From assembly GCA_964466705.1 (NCBI GenBank), contig CAYXSM010000002.1, forward strand, positions 200,868 to 264,867: a stretch of DNA of 64,000 nucleotides, in the 5' to 3' direction. Origin of the DNA: an uncultured Rikenellaceae bacterium (GTDB taxonomy: Bacteria > Bacteroidota > Bacteroidia > Bacteroidales > VadinHA17). Positions within the stretch are counted from its first letter, which is position 1; each line of letters begins with the position of its first letter. The notes beneath the pieces were generated by a model. It was not told where the DNA came from. It made no database searches and was given only the letters and a program-made list of their open reading frames with translations. The position numbers were made by a program, and so were the translations under genes. This document shows, one piece after another, positions 48,257-58,721 of this stretch.

Positions 48257-49561
48257 TCAGGATTTATTACTACTGGTTTTCATTCCCGATCTATAAACTG
48301 ATATTGCCCTCTTTCTGGCAAATTCATGATCGATTATTTTAGCTGGATATGATGATTTCTCCGTATCCCCGACCCACTTCCGCATGTATTCCTTCCTTGG
48401 ATCAAATTTCCTTTGCTGTGTTTCAGGATTGAACACCCTGAAATACGGAGCTGCATCGCAACCGGTACCGGCTGCCCACTGCCAGTTGCCATTATTGGAA
48501 GATAACTCATAGTCGAGAAGTTTCTGGGCAAAATAAGCCTCTCCCCAGCGCCAGTCGATCAGAAGATGTTTACAAAGGAATCCTGCGGTAATCATCCTGA
48601 CCCTGTTATGCATGTAACCGGTGCTGTTAAGCTGCCGCATTCCTGCATCAACCATAGGATATCCGGTTTCCCCGCTGCACCATTTTTCGAATTCTTTCTC
48701 GTTATTCCTCCATATAATATGATCATATATCTTTCTGAAGTTGCCGGTAACCACATCAGGGAAATGAAATAGTATCTGCATAAAAAATTCGCGCCAGATA
48801 AGCTCATTTAAGAAGCTCATATTCTGCTCCAGGGCGGTCTTTACCAGCTTTCTGATGCTTACTGTGCCAAAACGGAGGTGTGGCGAAACATAACTGGTAC
48901 TGTCTGCAGCCGGAAAATCACGGTATTTATGGTAGCCGGGAATTACAGACAGATCATAAGATCTTACCCTGATATAACTCCTGGTAAAGCCGATTTGTCC
49001 AGGAGATGGTAAAGGATAACTGCAGCTATGGAAATTATTATATCCGGCGGTTTTTACGGGGGGATTTACGGAGTTCTTTTCTATATATCTTTCAAGCCAC
49101 CTTTTTTTATAGGGAGTATAAACAGTATAGGGATTTTTGTCATCCTTAACGATTTCACTTTCCTCATATATAACCTGATCTTTGAACCTGAATAATTTGA
49201 TCCCTTTCCTGTCAAGCTGTTTTTCTGCCTCATTATCCCGCTTTATGGCATACGGCTCATAATCCTTATTGATGTAAACAGCATGAATGTCAAAGGTATT
49301 TGTGATTTTTTCCAGCTTTTGAAGGGGATCTCCCTTCATTATATAAACTGAAGAGCCATATTCATTCAACCGGGTGTTTATCCGGGCGAGGGTTTCATGA
49401 ATAAAGCTAATTCTTGCATCGTCGTGGGGAAGTTCATCAGTTATGTTTGAATCGAAGATGAAAACAGGCAGAACCGGAAGGCCGGTTGCTAATGCACTGT
49501 TCAGGGCTGTATTATCTTCAAGCCTTAAGTCCCTCCTGAGCCATACAATGTTTATCTTCAT
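48257..49561 (-). CDS. phrB: Deoxyribodipyrimidine photolyase (class I CPD type)
   Basis: WLRRDLRLEDN, SPHLRFG, WREFF, TGYPMVDAGMR, MHNRVRM, NNGNWQW. Confidence 0.93.
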   Translation of the reverse strand: MKINIVWLRRDLRLEDNTALNSALATGLPVLPVFIFDSNITDELPHDDARISFIHETLARINTRLNEYGSSVYIMKGDPLQKLEKITNTFDIHAVYINKDYEPYAIKRDNEAEKQLDRKGIKLFRFKDQVIYEESEIVKDDKNPYTVYTPYKKRWLERYIEKNSVNPPVKTAGYNNFHSCSYPLPSPGQIGFTRSYIRVRSYDLSVIPGYHKYRDFPAADSTSYVSPHLRFGTVSIRKLVKTALEQNMSFLNELIWREFFMQILFHFPDVVTGNFRKIYDHIIWRNNEKEFEKWCSGETGYPMVDAGMRQLNSTGYMHNRVRMITAGFLCKHLLIDWRWGEAYFAQKLLDYELSSNNGNWQWAAGTGCDAAPYFRVFNPETQQRKFDPRKEYMRKWVGDTEKSSYPAKIIDHEFARKRAISVYRSGMKTSSNKS

Positions 49562-49655
49562 TTAATTTCAGGTTAAGCTTAGATTCAGCCGGATTATCGT
49601 GTATAATTAAAGACGGACACCGGTCTGTGTTTAATTGAGGTCAAAGACCCGTTTC

Positions 49656-51137
49656 TTAGTCCTTTTCCATGGCCTCTATTCTCCCGGTCACCAGTTTTGA
49701 ACTGATAATAACCATCGGAAGTCCTGTACCGGGAATCGTTGAAGCTCCCACATAGAAAACATTCCTGAAGATCTCATCATAATTTTTCGGCCTGAAGCCT
49801 CCGATCTGCATCATCTTGTGAGAGAGTCCGAGTCCGCTTCCCCGGTGCAGATTAAACTGATCCTGCCAGTCTTCGGGAGTATAAACAGTGCGTGAAACTA
49901 TCTCCGGTCGGATATTTCTTTTTATTCTTAAAGAAAAATCATCAATAATGCTGTCAACTATTTCATCCCTGTCAGCCCAGTTTTTCTTGAACCTGAGATC
50001 AGGCACCGGGCATACGAAAAACAGGCTCTCGCCCCCTTCGGGTGCACAATCAGGATTTGAACTTGAAAGAACATTTACATAGTAATATGGTTTCTCAAGT
50101 ATTTCCGGATTCCTGAACACTTTATCAGCGTATTCCCTGAAATTGTTTCCCAGGTAATAATTATGATGATGCACTCCGGGCAATTTGCATTTAAGTCCAA
50201 GATATACAGTCAGCGGGCCCATTGTCCATTCTTTCCTGTCAAGCTTTTCTTCAGAAAAATCAGGGCGTTTAAAGATTTTCCCCCTGAATACAGCAGCATC
50301 AGCATTTACAACGACTATATCCGACGACCATTTTCTGCGGTGGTTATCTATAAAGCACTTAAGTTCTTTACCGTCAGACTCAAAATCAACTATTTCGGTG
50401 TTATAAGTAATTTTGACTTTTTCCTTTTCGAGTTCACTTATCAAACCCTCAATGATCCTGTACATTCCGCCTTCGACGTTAAAATAACCGTCATGCTGGA
50501 ACTCGGTATATGATAGCAGGGTATATACACCAACGGTATCAAAAGGTGTGCGCCCGAGGAAAAAGGCCACCAGGGAAAGGATCTGTCTTGCATCTTCCGA
50601 TTTTACATAGTGTGAGACCTGCTGCCAGAAATTTCTGAAGATAACCGGAAGGTGCACCGGATTAACCTTCATCAGAGTTACCAGATATTGTAATATTGAA
50701 TCATAATTGCTTTTAATGACAACATCAACCGTATCATGAAAAAGACGACCGCTCTTTTTGAGATATCTCTTCATTGAATCTTCAAAATCAGGCTCTTTAT
50801 CCCTGAACTGTTCCGCAAGCCTGGCAATATCTTTGTAAAGAAAATATGTCACCGGACTGTTTTTAAAATTTACCGTATAAAGAGGATCGAGTGCATAATA
50901 TCTGAACGGAAGCCCGATGTTACAGTCACGTGCAAAATCTGTGAACTCATATGACATGCTGAAGAAGCTTGGTCCGATATCGAAAGTAAAACCATCCTTA
51001 ACAAGCTGATTAAGTCTTCCGCCAGCCTTACCGTTCTTTTCAATAATCTCTACCCTGTAACCTTTTTTGGCCAGACGCAGAGCTGTTGCAAGACCTCCAA
51101 GTCCTGCCCCTACTACAAGTACATTTTTCTTATTCAT
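49656..51137 (-). CDS. Phytoene desaturase family protein (CrtI or CrtD type)
   Basis: GAGLGG FAD motif, FTFDIGPS, YVGASTIPGTGLP. Confidence 0.88.
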   Translation of the reverse strand: MNKKNVLVVGAGLGGLATALRLAKKGYRVEIIEKNGKAGGRLNQLVKDGFTFDIGPSFFSMSYEFTDFARDCNIGLPFRYYALDPLYTVNFKNSPVTYFLYKDIARLAEQFRDKEPDFEDSMKRYLKKSGRLFHDTVDVVIKSNYDSILQYLVTLMKVNPVHLPVIFRNFWQQVSHYVKSEDARQILSLVAFFLGRTPFDTVGVYTLLSYTEFQHDGYFNVEGGMYRIIEGLISELEKEKVKITYNTEIVDFESDGKELKCFIDNHRRKWSSDIVVVNADAAVFRGKIFKRPDFSEEKLDRKEWTMGPLTVYLGLKCKLPGVHHHNYYLGNNFREYADKVFRNPEILEKPYYYVNVLSSSNPDCAPEGGESLFFVCPVPDLRFKKNWADRDEIVDSIIDDFSLRIKRNIRPEIVSRTVYTPEDWQDQFNLHRGSGLGLSHKMMQIGGFRPKNYDEIFRNVFYVGASTIPGTGLPMVIISSKLVTGRIEAMEKD

Positions 51138-51141
51138 GAAT

Positions 51142-51882
51142 TCAGGTGTTCATTTTTTTAAGCAGAGCAGGATACAGATCATTGCTGACATACGAAAATC
51201 CTGGTTCCATGTTCAGAATTTCTTCATAAACAGCCTTTGCTGACTCAGGCTGATTAATGTAGGTGTAAGACTGTCCTATAATAACAAGAAGACTGAGATA
51301 ATTCCAGTTTTCTGTCAGGTCTTTCCGGTTTCTTTCAAGGATCTCCCTTGCCCTGAGAAAATACTCAATACCCTCCTGCTTTGAACCGCCGAAAGCTGAC
51401 GGCATATAGAACTGAATATTGCCGTACTGTATATGTGCAAGGTAATTATCCCTGTTCAGGGCAAGAGCAGTTCTGGCATGCTCAATGCTTTTTAACCCGT
51501 TTACCGGGGCCGTAAGCTTATTTAATCCAATCCTGAAACCATAAAAAGCGCATTTATAAGCATTTATTGTTGAAAGATCATAATTGCGAGCCTCAAGGAT
51601 CTCAACATTCCGTTCGGCCAGTGCAAGGTATTTTTTCGCTTCCTCTCTTTTTTTGAACCCGATGCAATATCCAATATAACCGTACTGGTAATTTACCAGC
51701 TCAAGTATCATTTCATTGCTTTCAGGGTTCTGGACTGCCATACGGTCAATTACTTCTTTCCAGATATCCATCCTGTTATTCACATAGGCTTTGTATATCT
51801 CCGATCTTTGTCCGGGGCATAAAAATGGAAGGCATGAAATAAATACCAGAAAAAATATTACTCTATACTTCTTCCTTTCCAT
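51142..51882 (-). CDS. Exported TPR-like hypothetical protein
   Basis: Signal peptide, helical repeats, FYMPSAFGGSK motif. Confidence 0.7.
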   Translation of the reverse strand: MERKKYRVIFFLVFISCLPFLCPGQRSEIYKAYVNNRMDIWKEVIDRMAVQNPESNEMILELVNYQYGYIGYCIGFKKREEAKKYLALAERNVEILEARNYDLSTINAYKCAFYGFRIGLNKLTAPVNGLKSIEHARTALALNRDNYLAHIQYGNIQFYMPSAFGGSKQEGIEYFLRAREILERNRKDLTENWNYLSLLVIIGQSYTYINQPESAKAVYEEILNMEPGFSYVSNDLYPALLKKMNT

Positions 51883-52949
51883 TGAAACTTTCTGAGATGC
51901 TTATTAATAAATGCTTTGTATATAAATAATCCGAGTGAAATCTGCAAAGGTATCATAAAAACAAGATTATAAAAGATATTCTGCCGGCTGGCTGCTGAAA
52001 CAATAACACGGATAACCAGTAATGCAATGACATACAGGAAAAAAACCATCTTGCTGAAAACCATCATCACCGCCAGGAATCCGAATGTAGTTATCAACCA
52101 GAAGAGGACAGCCAGAATAAATGAGTTGCCGAAAAAAGCAATCACATTTTTTGAGAATCCGTTTACAGAGTCGGCGAAACTATGGTACATTCTGCAGGTT
52201 ATATCATTATCCCCCAGCAGGCAGGCTATCCTGAATCCTGATTTTTTAAAAAGCCTGGCAATAGCGATATCTTCAACTTTATGGTTTCTGAATGTTCTGT
52301 GAGGCATCAATGACCTGTATGCGTCTGCACTGAAAAACATAAACTGACCATTGGCAGCAGACAGCGAAGAAAACCGGAGTTTTCTGACAAGTATGAGGGG
52401 AAGCAGGGTAACCAGTATATAATTCATATTGGGGACAGTTATCCATTCGCCATATGTTTTGATTATCTGCTTCGGGAATATGGAAATAAGGCTGGTATTG
52501 TTTTTGAGAGAAAATGATATAGCATTATTTATCAGATTTTTACTTATTCTGACATCTGCGTCAAGAAACAAAAGATAACTTCCTTCAGCGTGTCCGGAAA
52601 GAGAATGGCAGGCGTAATTTTTTCCCAGCCAGCCGGAAGGAAGGCCATCAGAGTCGATCAGTCTTATTTGTCTGTACTTTTCAGCCATTGCCATTACAAT
52701 AGTTGCTGTATCATCCGCCGACTGATCATTGAACACGATGATTTCTATATTATCATAATCCTGATCTGTCAGGTCCCGAAGAATGTTTCCGATGTTGTTT
52801 TCCTCATTTCTGGCAGGGATCAGAACCGAGATAAGGTCATTTGAAATTTCTTCAGCCTGCCGCAGGTAGCTACGGGACAGCAGATTCGTAAGTGCAACCA
52901 GCAGTTGTATTATGGTAAAAATGATCGCAAGGCTGGCAATTATGGTCAT
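51858..52949 (-). CDS. GT2 glycosyltransferase (carotenoid glycosyltransferase CruC/CrtQ-like)
   Basis: SVLIPARNEE, GWLGKNYAC, FLDAD, AANGQ, EDI, CRMY, WKGR. Confidence 0.88.
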   Translation of the reverse strand: MTIIASLAIIFTIIQLLVALTNLLSRSYLRQAEEISNDLISVLIPARNEENNIGNILRDLTDQDYDNIEIIVFNDQSADDTATIVMAMAEKYRQIRLIDSDGLPSGWLGKNYACHSLSGHAEGSYLLFLDADVRISKNLINNAISFSLKNNTSLISIFPKQIIKTYGEWITVPNMNYILVTLLPLILVRKLRFSSLSAANGQFMFFSADAYRSLMPHRTFRNHKVEDIAIARLFKKSGFRIACLLGDNDITCRMYHSFADSVNGFSKNVIAFFGNSFILAVLFWLITTFGFLAVMMVFSKMVFFLYVIALLVIRVIVSAASRQNIFYNLVFMIPLQISLGLFIYKAFINKHLRKFQWKGRSIE

Positions 52950-53575
52950 AATGAAGCACTTATGCGTATATTTTCGGCGACACAACAGGAATAGAATATA
53001 TTGAAATACTTCTGTAAAACTTCAACAGAATAATCGGAACCGGAGTACTCCTTAAAATGCATTATCAGGCCAGGTTTGGCCTCCGCAAAATATTCAATCA
53101 GATTTACAAGGAATATTATCTGAACCGGAGATTTTACTTTCCTGAGAATGTATTCAATCCCTTTTTTAAATTTTAAATTCTGATTATGAATCGACTCAAT
53201 CTTCCCCTGCGGGAACACAAGGACCAGGTTTTTGCTGTCAGCCAGTAGCCAGGAGGTATAATTCAATGTTTCAATAATGCTCCTGGATCCTTTTTTTACC
53301 GAGTATCCACCTGTTCTATTAAAGAACATATGTTTCTTTAACTGATCCTCCTGCATCATAAAATAGAACTTCCTGTGAAAGATTTTCATATTGAGATACT
53401 CAGCCCAGAAACCATCCCACCAGCTTATATGATTTGTTATCAGAAGGACAGGCAGGTTTTTTTCATGATGATCGCCTTTAATAATCACACCATGAAAATT
53501 CCTGCTGATTTTCCAGCGGGTGTAAAGACGGAAGAAAGGATAAATTAGCGGGTGATGGGAGGCTTTGTAAATCAT
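52946..53575 (-). CDS. PlsC-like acyltransferase (CruD-like)
   Basis: NHISWWDG and FPQG motifs; position in the crt cluster. Confidence 0.85.
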   Translation of the reverse strand: MIYKASHHPLIYPFFRLYTRWKISRNFHGVIIKGDHHEKNLPVLLITNHISWWDGFWAEYLNMKIFHRKFYFMMQEDQLKKHMFFNRTGGYSVKKGSRSIIETLNYTSWLLADSKNLVLVFPQGKIESIHNQNLKFKKGIEYILRKVKSPVQIIFLVNLIEYFAEAKPGLIMHFKEYSGSDYSVEVLQKYFNIFYSCCVAENIRISASL

Positions 53576-54249
53576 TCAGCAAGGTTAAAAAAGATGGTCA
53601 GAATAACAAAAAACAGAAACTGGACCAGCAGAACAAACGGAGCAATCCTGTTGACTATCTTTATTCCTGCCAGTTTAACAGATGAATGGAAGATCAATGC
53701 CAGGATGAACCATGCTAAATAATTTTTCAATGGAGCTGTTCCTCCTTCAAAGCTCCACATATTCATAAGCGGGGCAACCTGTTCAAGAACAAGATCGTAG
53801 AAGAGCATCAGCATCGATGCAAAAAAAACCTTGAAAACAACGGGATGAGCCGTCCGGTCGGTAATAGCGGCAGTGCAATAGACCATGAATATCCAGTTGA
53901 CTCCAATTAACAGAGGGGTGTCTAACAGTTTTATACCAAGCCCTTCTCCGTAGCTGTAAATTCCGAAAATGCGTCCGCTATTCACACCGTAAGCTTCAAC
54001 CAGGAAGCCTGCTGTGCAGATGGCTGAGAAAAATATGAATTCCTTTAATAAATTTCGTGGCCGGTGATAAACCATGATTACAAGAAGGCTTAAAACAAGT
54101 GCCAGCGGAGTGAGTTTTATGAAAATATCCCTTGTGGAGTTGAGCATTATTCCGGAAACGCCAACGCTGAAAAAGATGATCAGGACCACCTTTACTATAG
54201 TTGCACTGGTTGGCTGAATATTTTTTATAAAGCTTAAACCGGTACTCAT
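53572..54249 (-). CDS. cruF: Carotenoid biosynthesis membrane protein (CruF-type 1,2-hydratase)
   Basis: E..GV..G.IFG.Y.YG..LG, PLLIGVNW, YDLVLE.VA, PLKNYLAW. Confidence 0.8.
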   Translation of the reverse strand: MSTGLSFIKNIQPTSATIVKVVLIIFFSVGVSGIMLNSTRDIFIKLTPLALVLSLLVIMVYHRPRNLLKEFIFFSAICTAGFLVEAYGVNSGRIFGIYSYGEGLGIKLLDTPLLIGVNWIFMVYCTAAITDRTAHPVVFKVFFASMLMLFYDLVLEQVAPLMNMWSFEGGTAPLKNYLAWFILALIFHSSVKLAGIKIVNRIAPFVLLVQFLFFVILTIFFNLAE

Positions 54250-54950
54250 TTCTGCGATTCTGATTTTTTATGCGACCATCGTCTGAAGTAATTCATAAGT
54301 AGAAGATTGAGGAGAATAAGACTGAAACCATAAGTAAAATCTTCCACAGGCACTGTAAAAACCCTTATCCCTGTAATTTCATCAGGATTGTACCAGACTA
54401 CCTCTTCAGCTATGAAACTTCCGGTAAGTATGCCGTTAATAATCAGGAAAGGTATTATTATTATCAGGAATGAGATATAAAACCTGTTCAGTAGTTTTTT
54501 ACCAGCTGAAATACTTATCAGCAAAACAATGATCATCACTGAAAAGTACAAAGCCGGGTAAGCTCTTTCAGAATTCAGGATAACACCAATTAGCAGAACT
54601 GCCGTTAAGATAACGGTTGTGATCCTGGTTATTCTGTCGGTAAGCATCAGATCAGGGAAATAAGCTTTTAATACATAGTGAATAAAAATACTGGAATATG
54701 GGATTAAAATAAAGAAAAGCCATTCCTCAAGGGGAAGGGAAGCAATAATTATTCCTGAATTATACCGTGGATTGAAACCCCATATTCCCCTGCCTGTGAA
54801 AAAGATATCAGCAAGAATGAAGGGGATGGCGGTAATGACCAGGGCGGGAAGCAGAAAGGGCCAGATTCTATAAAAAGAAACCTTCCTGTCAAAGCTTAAG
54901 AAAAAAGGAATTATTACAGAACTGATCAAAAGGATTAGATACAGAGACAT
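54246..54950 (-). CDS. Lycopene cyclase, fused CrtYc/Yd membrane type
   Basis: Two repeats with IWGFN...PLEEWLFF and VVWYN...PVEDF. Confidence 0.88.
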   Translation of the reverse strand: MSLYLILLISSVIIPFFLSFDRKVSFYRIWPFLLPALVITAIPFILADIFFTGRGIWGFNPRYNSGIIIASLPLEEWLFFILIPYSSIFIHYVLKAYFPDLMLTDRITRITTVILTAVLLIGVILNSERAYPALYFSVMIIVLLISISAGKKLLNRFYISFLIIIIPFLIINGILTGSFIAEEVVWYNPDEITGIRVFTVPVEDFTYGFSLILLNLLLMNYFRRWSHKKSESQK

Positions 54951-55094
54951 CTTTTCCGTCGGGGATTGGTTATTAATGCAGCAGATTGATAATAGCAAAT
55001 CTGCAAGGGCGATTCATCATATTATTAAGCTGTGTTAAGGTTCAACGTATTATTGGATAAAATTCAGGACAACATAAATGATCAGCACCCGGCA

Positions 55095-55550
55095 TCATTT
55101 CGGATCAAAGTACTTTTTATGAAAAACCAGCAATCCATAATTGTTAAAATCAGAAACATTTCTTGGCTTATGATGAGCATCATGTGCTTTGACGATTGCT
55201 GAAATATAACGATTGGTCAGCTTTCTGAAGATCGGCAATCGTTTATGATAAACAACATCATGTATGAAGAAATAGGTTATCCCATACAATGTTATGCCTG
55301 CGCCAATGGCAATCATATAAGGATTTTCCCATGACAGCCCCAGTATTATCAGTAAAATTGCAGGAATGGCATAGATAAGGAAAAAAAGATCATTTTTCTG
55401 AAGGACCGGTTTCCCGGCGATATCAGTAAGATGGTGATCCTTGTGCAGCGACCACAGAAATCCATGCATAACATATTTGTGGTTTGACCATGCTACAAAT
55501 TCCATAAAACCGAAGGCAATCAGAATCAGGAGTATTATCAGTATAACCAT
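55095..55550 (-). CDS. crtZ: Beta-carotene hydroxylase
   Basis: HKYVMHG, LHKDHH, NDLF, IHDVVYH, AHDAHH His boxes. Confidence 0.9.
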   Translation of the reverse strand: MVILIILLILIAFGFMEFVAWSNHKYVMHGFLWSLHKDHHLTDIAGKPVLQKNDLFFLIYAIPAILLIILGLSWENPYMIAIGAGITLYGITYFFIHDVVYHKRLPIFRKLTNRYISAIVKAHDAHHKPRNVSDFNNYGLLVFHKKYFDPK

Positions 55551-55551
55551 A

Positions 55552-56082
55552 TTATGAGTTTTTAAGTTTCTGTATGTACAAATTTACTTTCTGATGGATC
55601 TCTTTAAACCAGACAGTATAATCGGCAGGATTTTTTTTAATATCAGCATGAAGTTCAGAAAATGATACAGCCTTCCATTCTTCAGCTTCGGAAGTATTAA
55701 GATAGGGTTTCTGGTCGCTCACACCGTAGAACACGTGATCCAGTTCATGTTCAGTAAGTTCATTATCCAGTTTTTCCTGATAGGTGAAAGTGAAAAGTTC
55801 AACAAGACCGCATTCTAATCCCATTTCTTCCCGGAGCCGGCGCCTTGCTGATTCCAGGTTTGATTCACCGGGGAGGGGGTGAGTGCAGCAGGTATTCGTC
55901 CACAGGCCTTTTGAGTGATATTTGTCAAGAGCTCTTTTTTGCAGGATCCATTCACCTCTTGAATTAACCACAAAGACCGATACTGCCCTGTGAAGGAGAG
56001 CTTTCCTGTGAGCTTCCATTTTACCGGCAATGCCTGTTTCATTATCGTTCCTGTCAACCAGGATAACAAAAGGCTCATCCAT
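55552..56082 (-). CDS. idi: Isopentenyl-diphosphate delta-isomerase, type 1
   Basis: LLHRAVSVF, KYHS, WTNTCCTHP, EHELDHVF. Confidence 0.95.
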   Translation of the reverse strand: MDEPFVILVDRNDNETGIAGKMEAHRKALLHRAVSVFVVNSRGEWILQKRALDKYHSKGLWTNTCCTHPLPGESNLESARRRLREEMGLECGLVELFTFTYQEKLDNELTEHELDHVFYGVSDQKPYLNTSEAEEWKAVSFSELHADIKKNPADYTVWFKEIHQKVNLYIQKLKNS

Positions 56083-56086
56083 TGGG

Positions 56087-56947
56087 TCAGTTCTGATAGT
56101 TTTTCAAACCGTGCAATTTAAGCCTGAAAGAAAGGTATGTCCTTAAAAGTATAAAAAGCTTCATGAGATCGGATACCCTTAACCTGGTATTCATAAGCTT
56201 TCCTGCAGGTGTCTTTTTGATCTTTTTCAGAAGCTTATTGTAGTAATTGTATGCAATCAGTACACCCAGTCTGGAGGATCCGGGAAGTTTCATCATTCCG
56301 GGCAGGGATTCGGCAAAGTCAGACTCTATCTCATCGATAATGATATTTTTTGCTTCCTCGTTGAAGTCGTTTTGGATAGTAATATGAAAGTATTTTCTGT
56401 TGAGATACTCCGTGTCATCTTTTATGTCCCGGAGAAAATTTACTTTCTGGAAAGCCGCTCCAAGCTTTCTTGCTGGCATTTCAAGCTCCCTGAACAGTGA
56501 CTCATCTCCCATAACGAAGACTTTCAGACACATAAGTCCGACCACCTCTGCAGAACCATATATATAATCATCAGTCTCGCTTTTTGTATTATGATTCTGC
56601 TTGACCAGATCAGTTTTCATACTATCGAGAAATGCCCGGATAAGATCATCAGGGATACTGTATTTTTTTACAGTAAGCTGGAACGAATTAAGAACCGGAT
56701 TCAGGCTTATGCCGTTTTCTAATGCTTCGTAATAATCGTTTTCAAATTTTTCCAGAAGGTCTTTTTTGTTGAACGAATGAAATGTGTCAACAATTTCATC
56801 GGCAAATCTGACGAATCCGTAGATACTGTAGATGGCATCCTGTATATCATGATCCAGGAGGCGTACAGCACCGGAAAAAGATGTGCTGTATGAAGCAGTA
56901 ACGAGCCTGCTTGTTCTGAATGATATCTCATTGAAAAGCCTAAGCAT
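56087..56947 (-). CDS. crtB: Phytoene synthase
   Basis: YSTSFS, FVRFADEIVD, YIYGSAEVVG, FQKVNFLRD. Confidence 0.92.
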   Translation of the reverse strand: MLRLFNEISFRTSRLVTASYSTSFSGAVRLLDHDIQDAIYSIYGFVRFADEIVDTFHSFNKKDLLEKFENDYYEALENGISLNPVLNSFQLTVKKYSIPDDLIRAFLDSMKTDLVKQNHNTKSETDDYIYGSAEVVGLMCLKVFVMGDESLFRELEMPARKLGAAFQKVNFLRDIKDDTEYLNRKYFHITIQNDFNEEAKNIIIDEIESDFAESLPGMMKLPGSSRLGVLIAYNYYNKLLKKIKKTPAGKLMNTRLRVSDLMKLFILLRTYLSFRLKLHGLKNYQN

Positions 56948-56982
56948 AAATACTACCTGTTTACATGGCTCCTAACAACAGC

Positions 56983-57210
56983 TCAGATACTTTTGTTCAG
57001 GGTTTCATTTATTTTTTTCAGCTCCCGTAAGATCCTTTGAAAGCATGTCCCTGATCTGTACGCCATAAGAATCAGCTTTACGGAGACCAGAAAAACGCCT
57101 GCTTCAAGCAATATATCATGGGTCATGCCTTTGGTAAAGAGGGCGAGCGTGAAAAGAATAAATGTAACAGTTATTACGATTATTGAGCTATAATCTAAAT
57201 GCCTGTTCAT
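56983..57210 (-). CDS. Small two-TM hypothetical protein
   Basis: Two hydrophobic segments, KGMTHDILLEAGVFLVSVK, coiled C-terminus. Confidence 0.6.
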   Translation of the reverse strand: MNRHLDYSSIIVITVTFILFTLALFTKGMTHDILLEAGVFLVSVKLILMAYRSGTCFQRILRELKKINETLNKSI

Positions 57211-57772
57211 GGTTTAACTTATTAATTTTGTGATTATTTATGAACTTTCTTCATCGAAGATCAGAATAGCAATAAATAACGCTACTGAATGTTTAATCAG
57301 GGTCCAAAATACAAATTGATTTCTGATTTATCATAAAAATATGATTATTTCAATGCCCCTTTTGATCATAAGCTTCTGGAACTGAACGTCGAAGATGAAA
57401 TTACAGCCGAAAATTGATCTGCAGACTCAATTATGGGAACCCTGCTATTCAAATGCTTTTGCAGTATAAATTATATTGCCACAGGCGCATCCTGAAAAAA
57501 CCTGTAAGCCATTGAACACCTATATATTAAGAAAAATGACCATCATTGTAGCATGGGGGATAGGAATAATGAATTCAGGTTTAAATACTATCATACTATT
57601 GGCCATACCCCGGTATTAGTCTCTGGTCTATGTAAGTAAATATGCCGTGGATTGCGATCAGGGGCCGGATATATTCTGCAATGATTTCTTTGTCTCAAAA
57701 AACAACCGACTCATGTTTTAATCAGAGCCTTAATGAAATATTTTAGGGTATCATTAATGCGTTAAGACAAAT

Positions 57773-58708
57773 TCAGTCTTGAAACTTCAATATTGTGCCG
57801 TGAACCCTCTTCTTTATCTCCTCATAGGCAGGGGTAAGCTCTGAAGATGTAAAATTACCCTTCTCTATGTCTATCCGTTCAAATGTCATAAGATAAAGGT
57901 CGAAGATAATTTCCAGACTAAGCCGGGAATCAACTTCCACCAGATGTCCTATTTTGTCAATAACGTCGGTGGTCTGCAATTTATATTGGTTGGCAAGCGA
58001 ATAATACTCCTTAATCAGGTTTCTGAACTCAGGTGTGACAGGGCTTCCTGAAGCTATGTCTCTTAAAGTCTGTCGTGTCAGGCCATGTTTATCAATAAGG
58101 TCATCCGCAAAGTAATTCAGATTGCTGAGCTGATCTTTCTGAAAATCGCGAATGATATGAACCAGATAACTGAATATGGCACATGGAGTTGCTGCTACTT
58201 TAACATCGAAAGGCGGTTCTTTGAAGGATCCGTCGTTCTGTTTCCTTAATCCTGAAAGGTGGACGAATATTGATGCCGGGGCTACTGAAGCACCATTGGC
58301 GTACTCCAGGAAACCCTGAAGATTTGTAAAACCATCATGATTAATATCATAACGCATAGATCTGGCAAACGCCTCAAGGGTCCAGAGCGGAATTCTGAAG
58401 CGTTCGATTACAGCTCTGAGCTCTTTCTGCAACGGATTACAATCAAGTGATGTGATTGTCATCTTCAGCCATTCGTCAACATTCGCACTGAAAATCATTT
58501 TATCATGATCAGACATATGTAAGTTTCCTGCTTTGTGATTATCTATCATGTCATCTATCAACCTCATGAATTTGTAACAGATCTCTGCAGCACAATATCT
58601 TTCCCTGTCCCAGAAACTGGCAGCGATCAATATATTAGGATGGTCAGTAATATTTTGAAAATCAATAGAATTAAAGATATTCAGAAATTTTTCTTTTTGA
58701 GAGTTCAT
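57773..58708 (-). CDS. Divergent squalene/phytoene synthase family protein
   Basis: MRLIDDMID and IIRDFQKD aspartate-rich motifs. Confidence 0.85.
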   Translation of the reverse strand: MNSQKEKFLNIFNSIDFQNITDHPNILIAASFWDRERYCAAEICYKFMRLIDDMIDNHKAGNLHMSDHDKMIFSANVDEWLKMTITSLDCNPLQKELRAVIERFRIPLWTLEAFARSMRYDINHDGFTNLQGFLEYANGASVAPASIFVHLSGLRKQNDGSFKEPPFDVKVAATPCAIFSYLVHIIRDFQKDQLSNLNYFADDLIDKHGLTRQTLRDIASGSPVTPEFRNLIKEYYSLANQYKLQTTDVIDKIGHLVEVDSRLSLEIIFDLYLMTFERIDIEKGNFTSSELTPAYEEIKKRVHGTILKFQD

Positions 58709-58721
58709 TAATAAAGATTAG

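Noticed and set aside
57211-57772. Possible decayed MerR/LitR light-regulator gene in the crt cluster gap
   Set aside because: Hand translation gave only short stop-riddled frames with no convincing motif.
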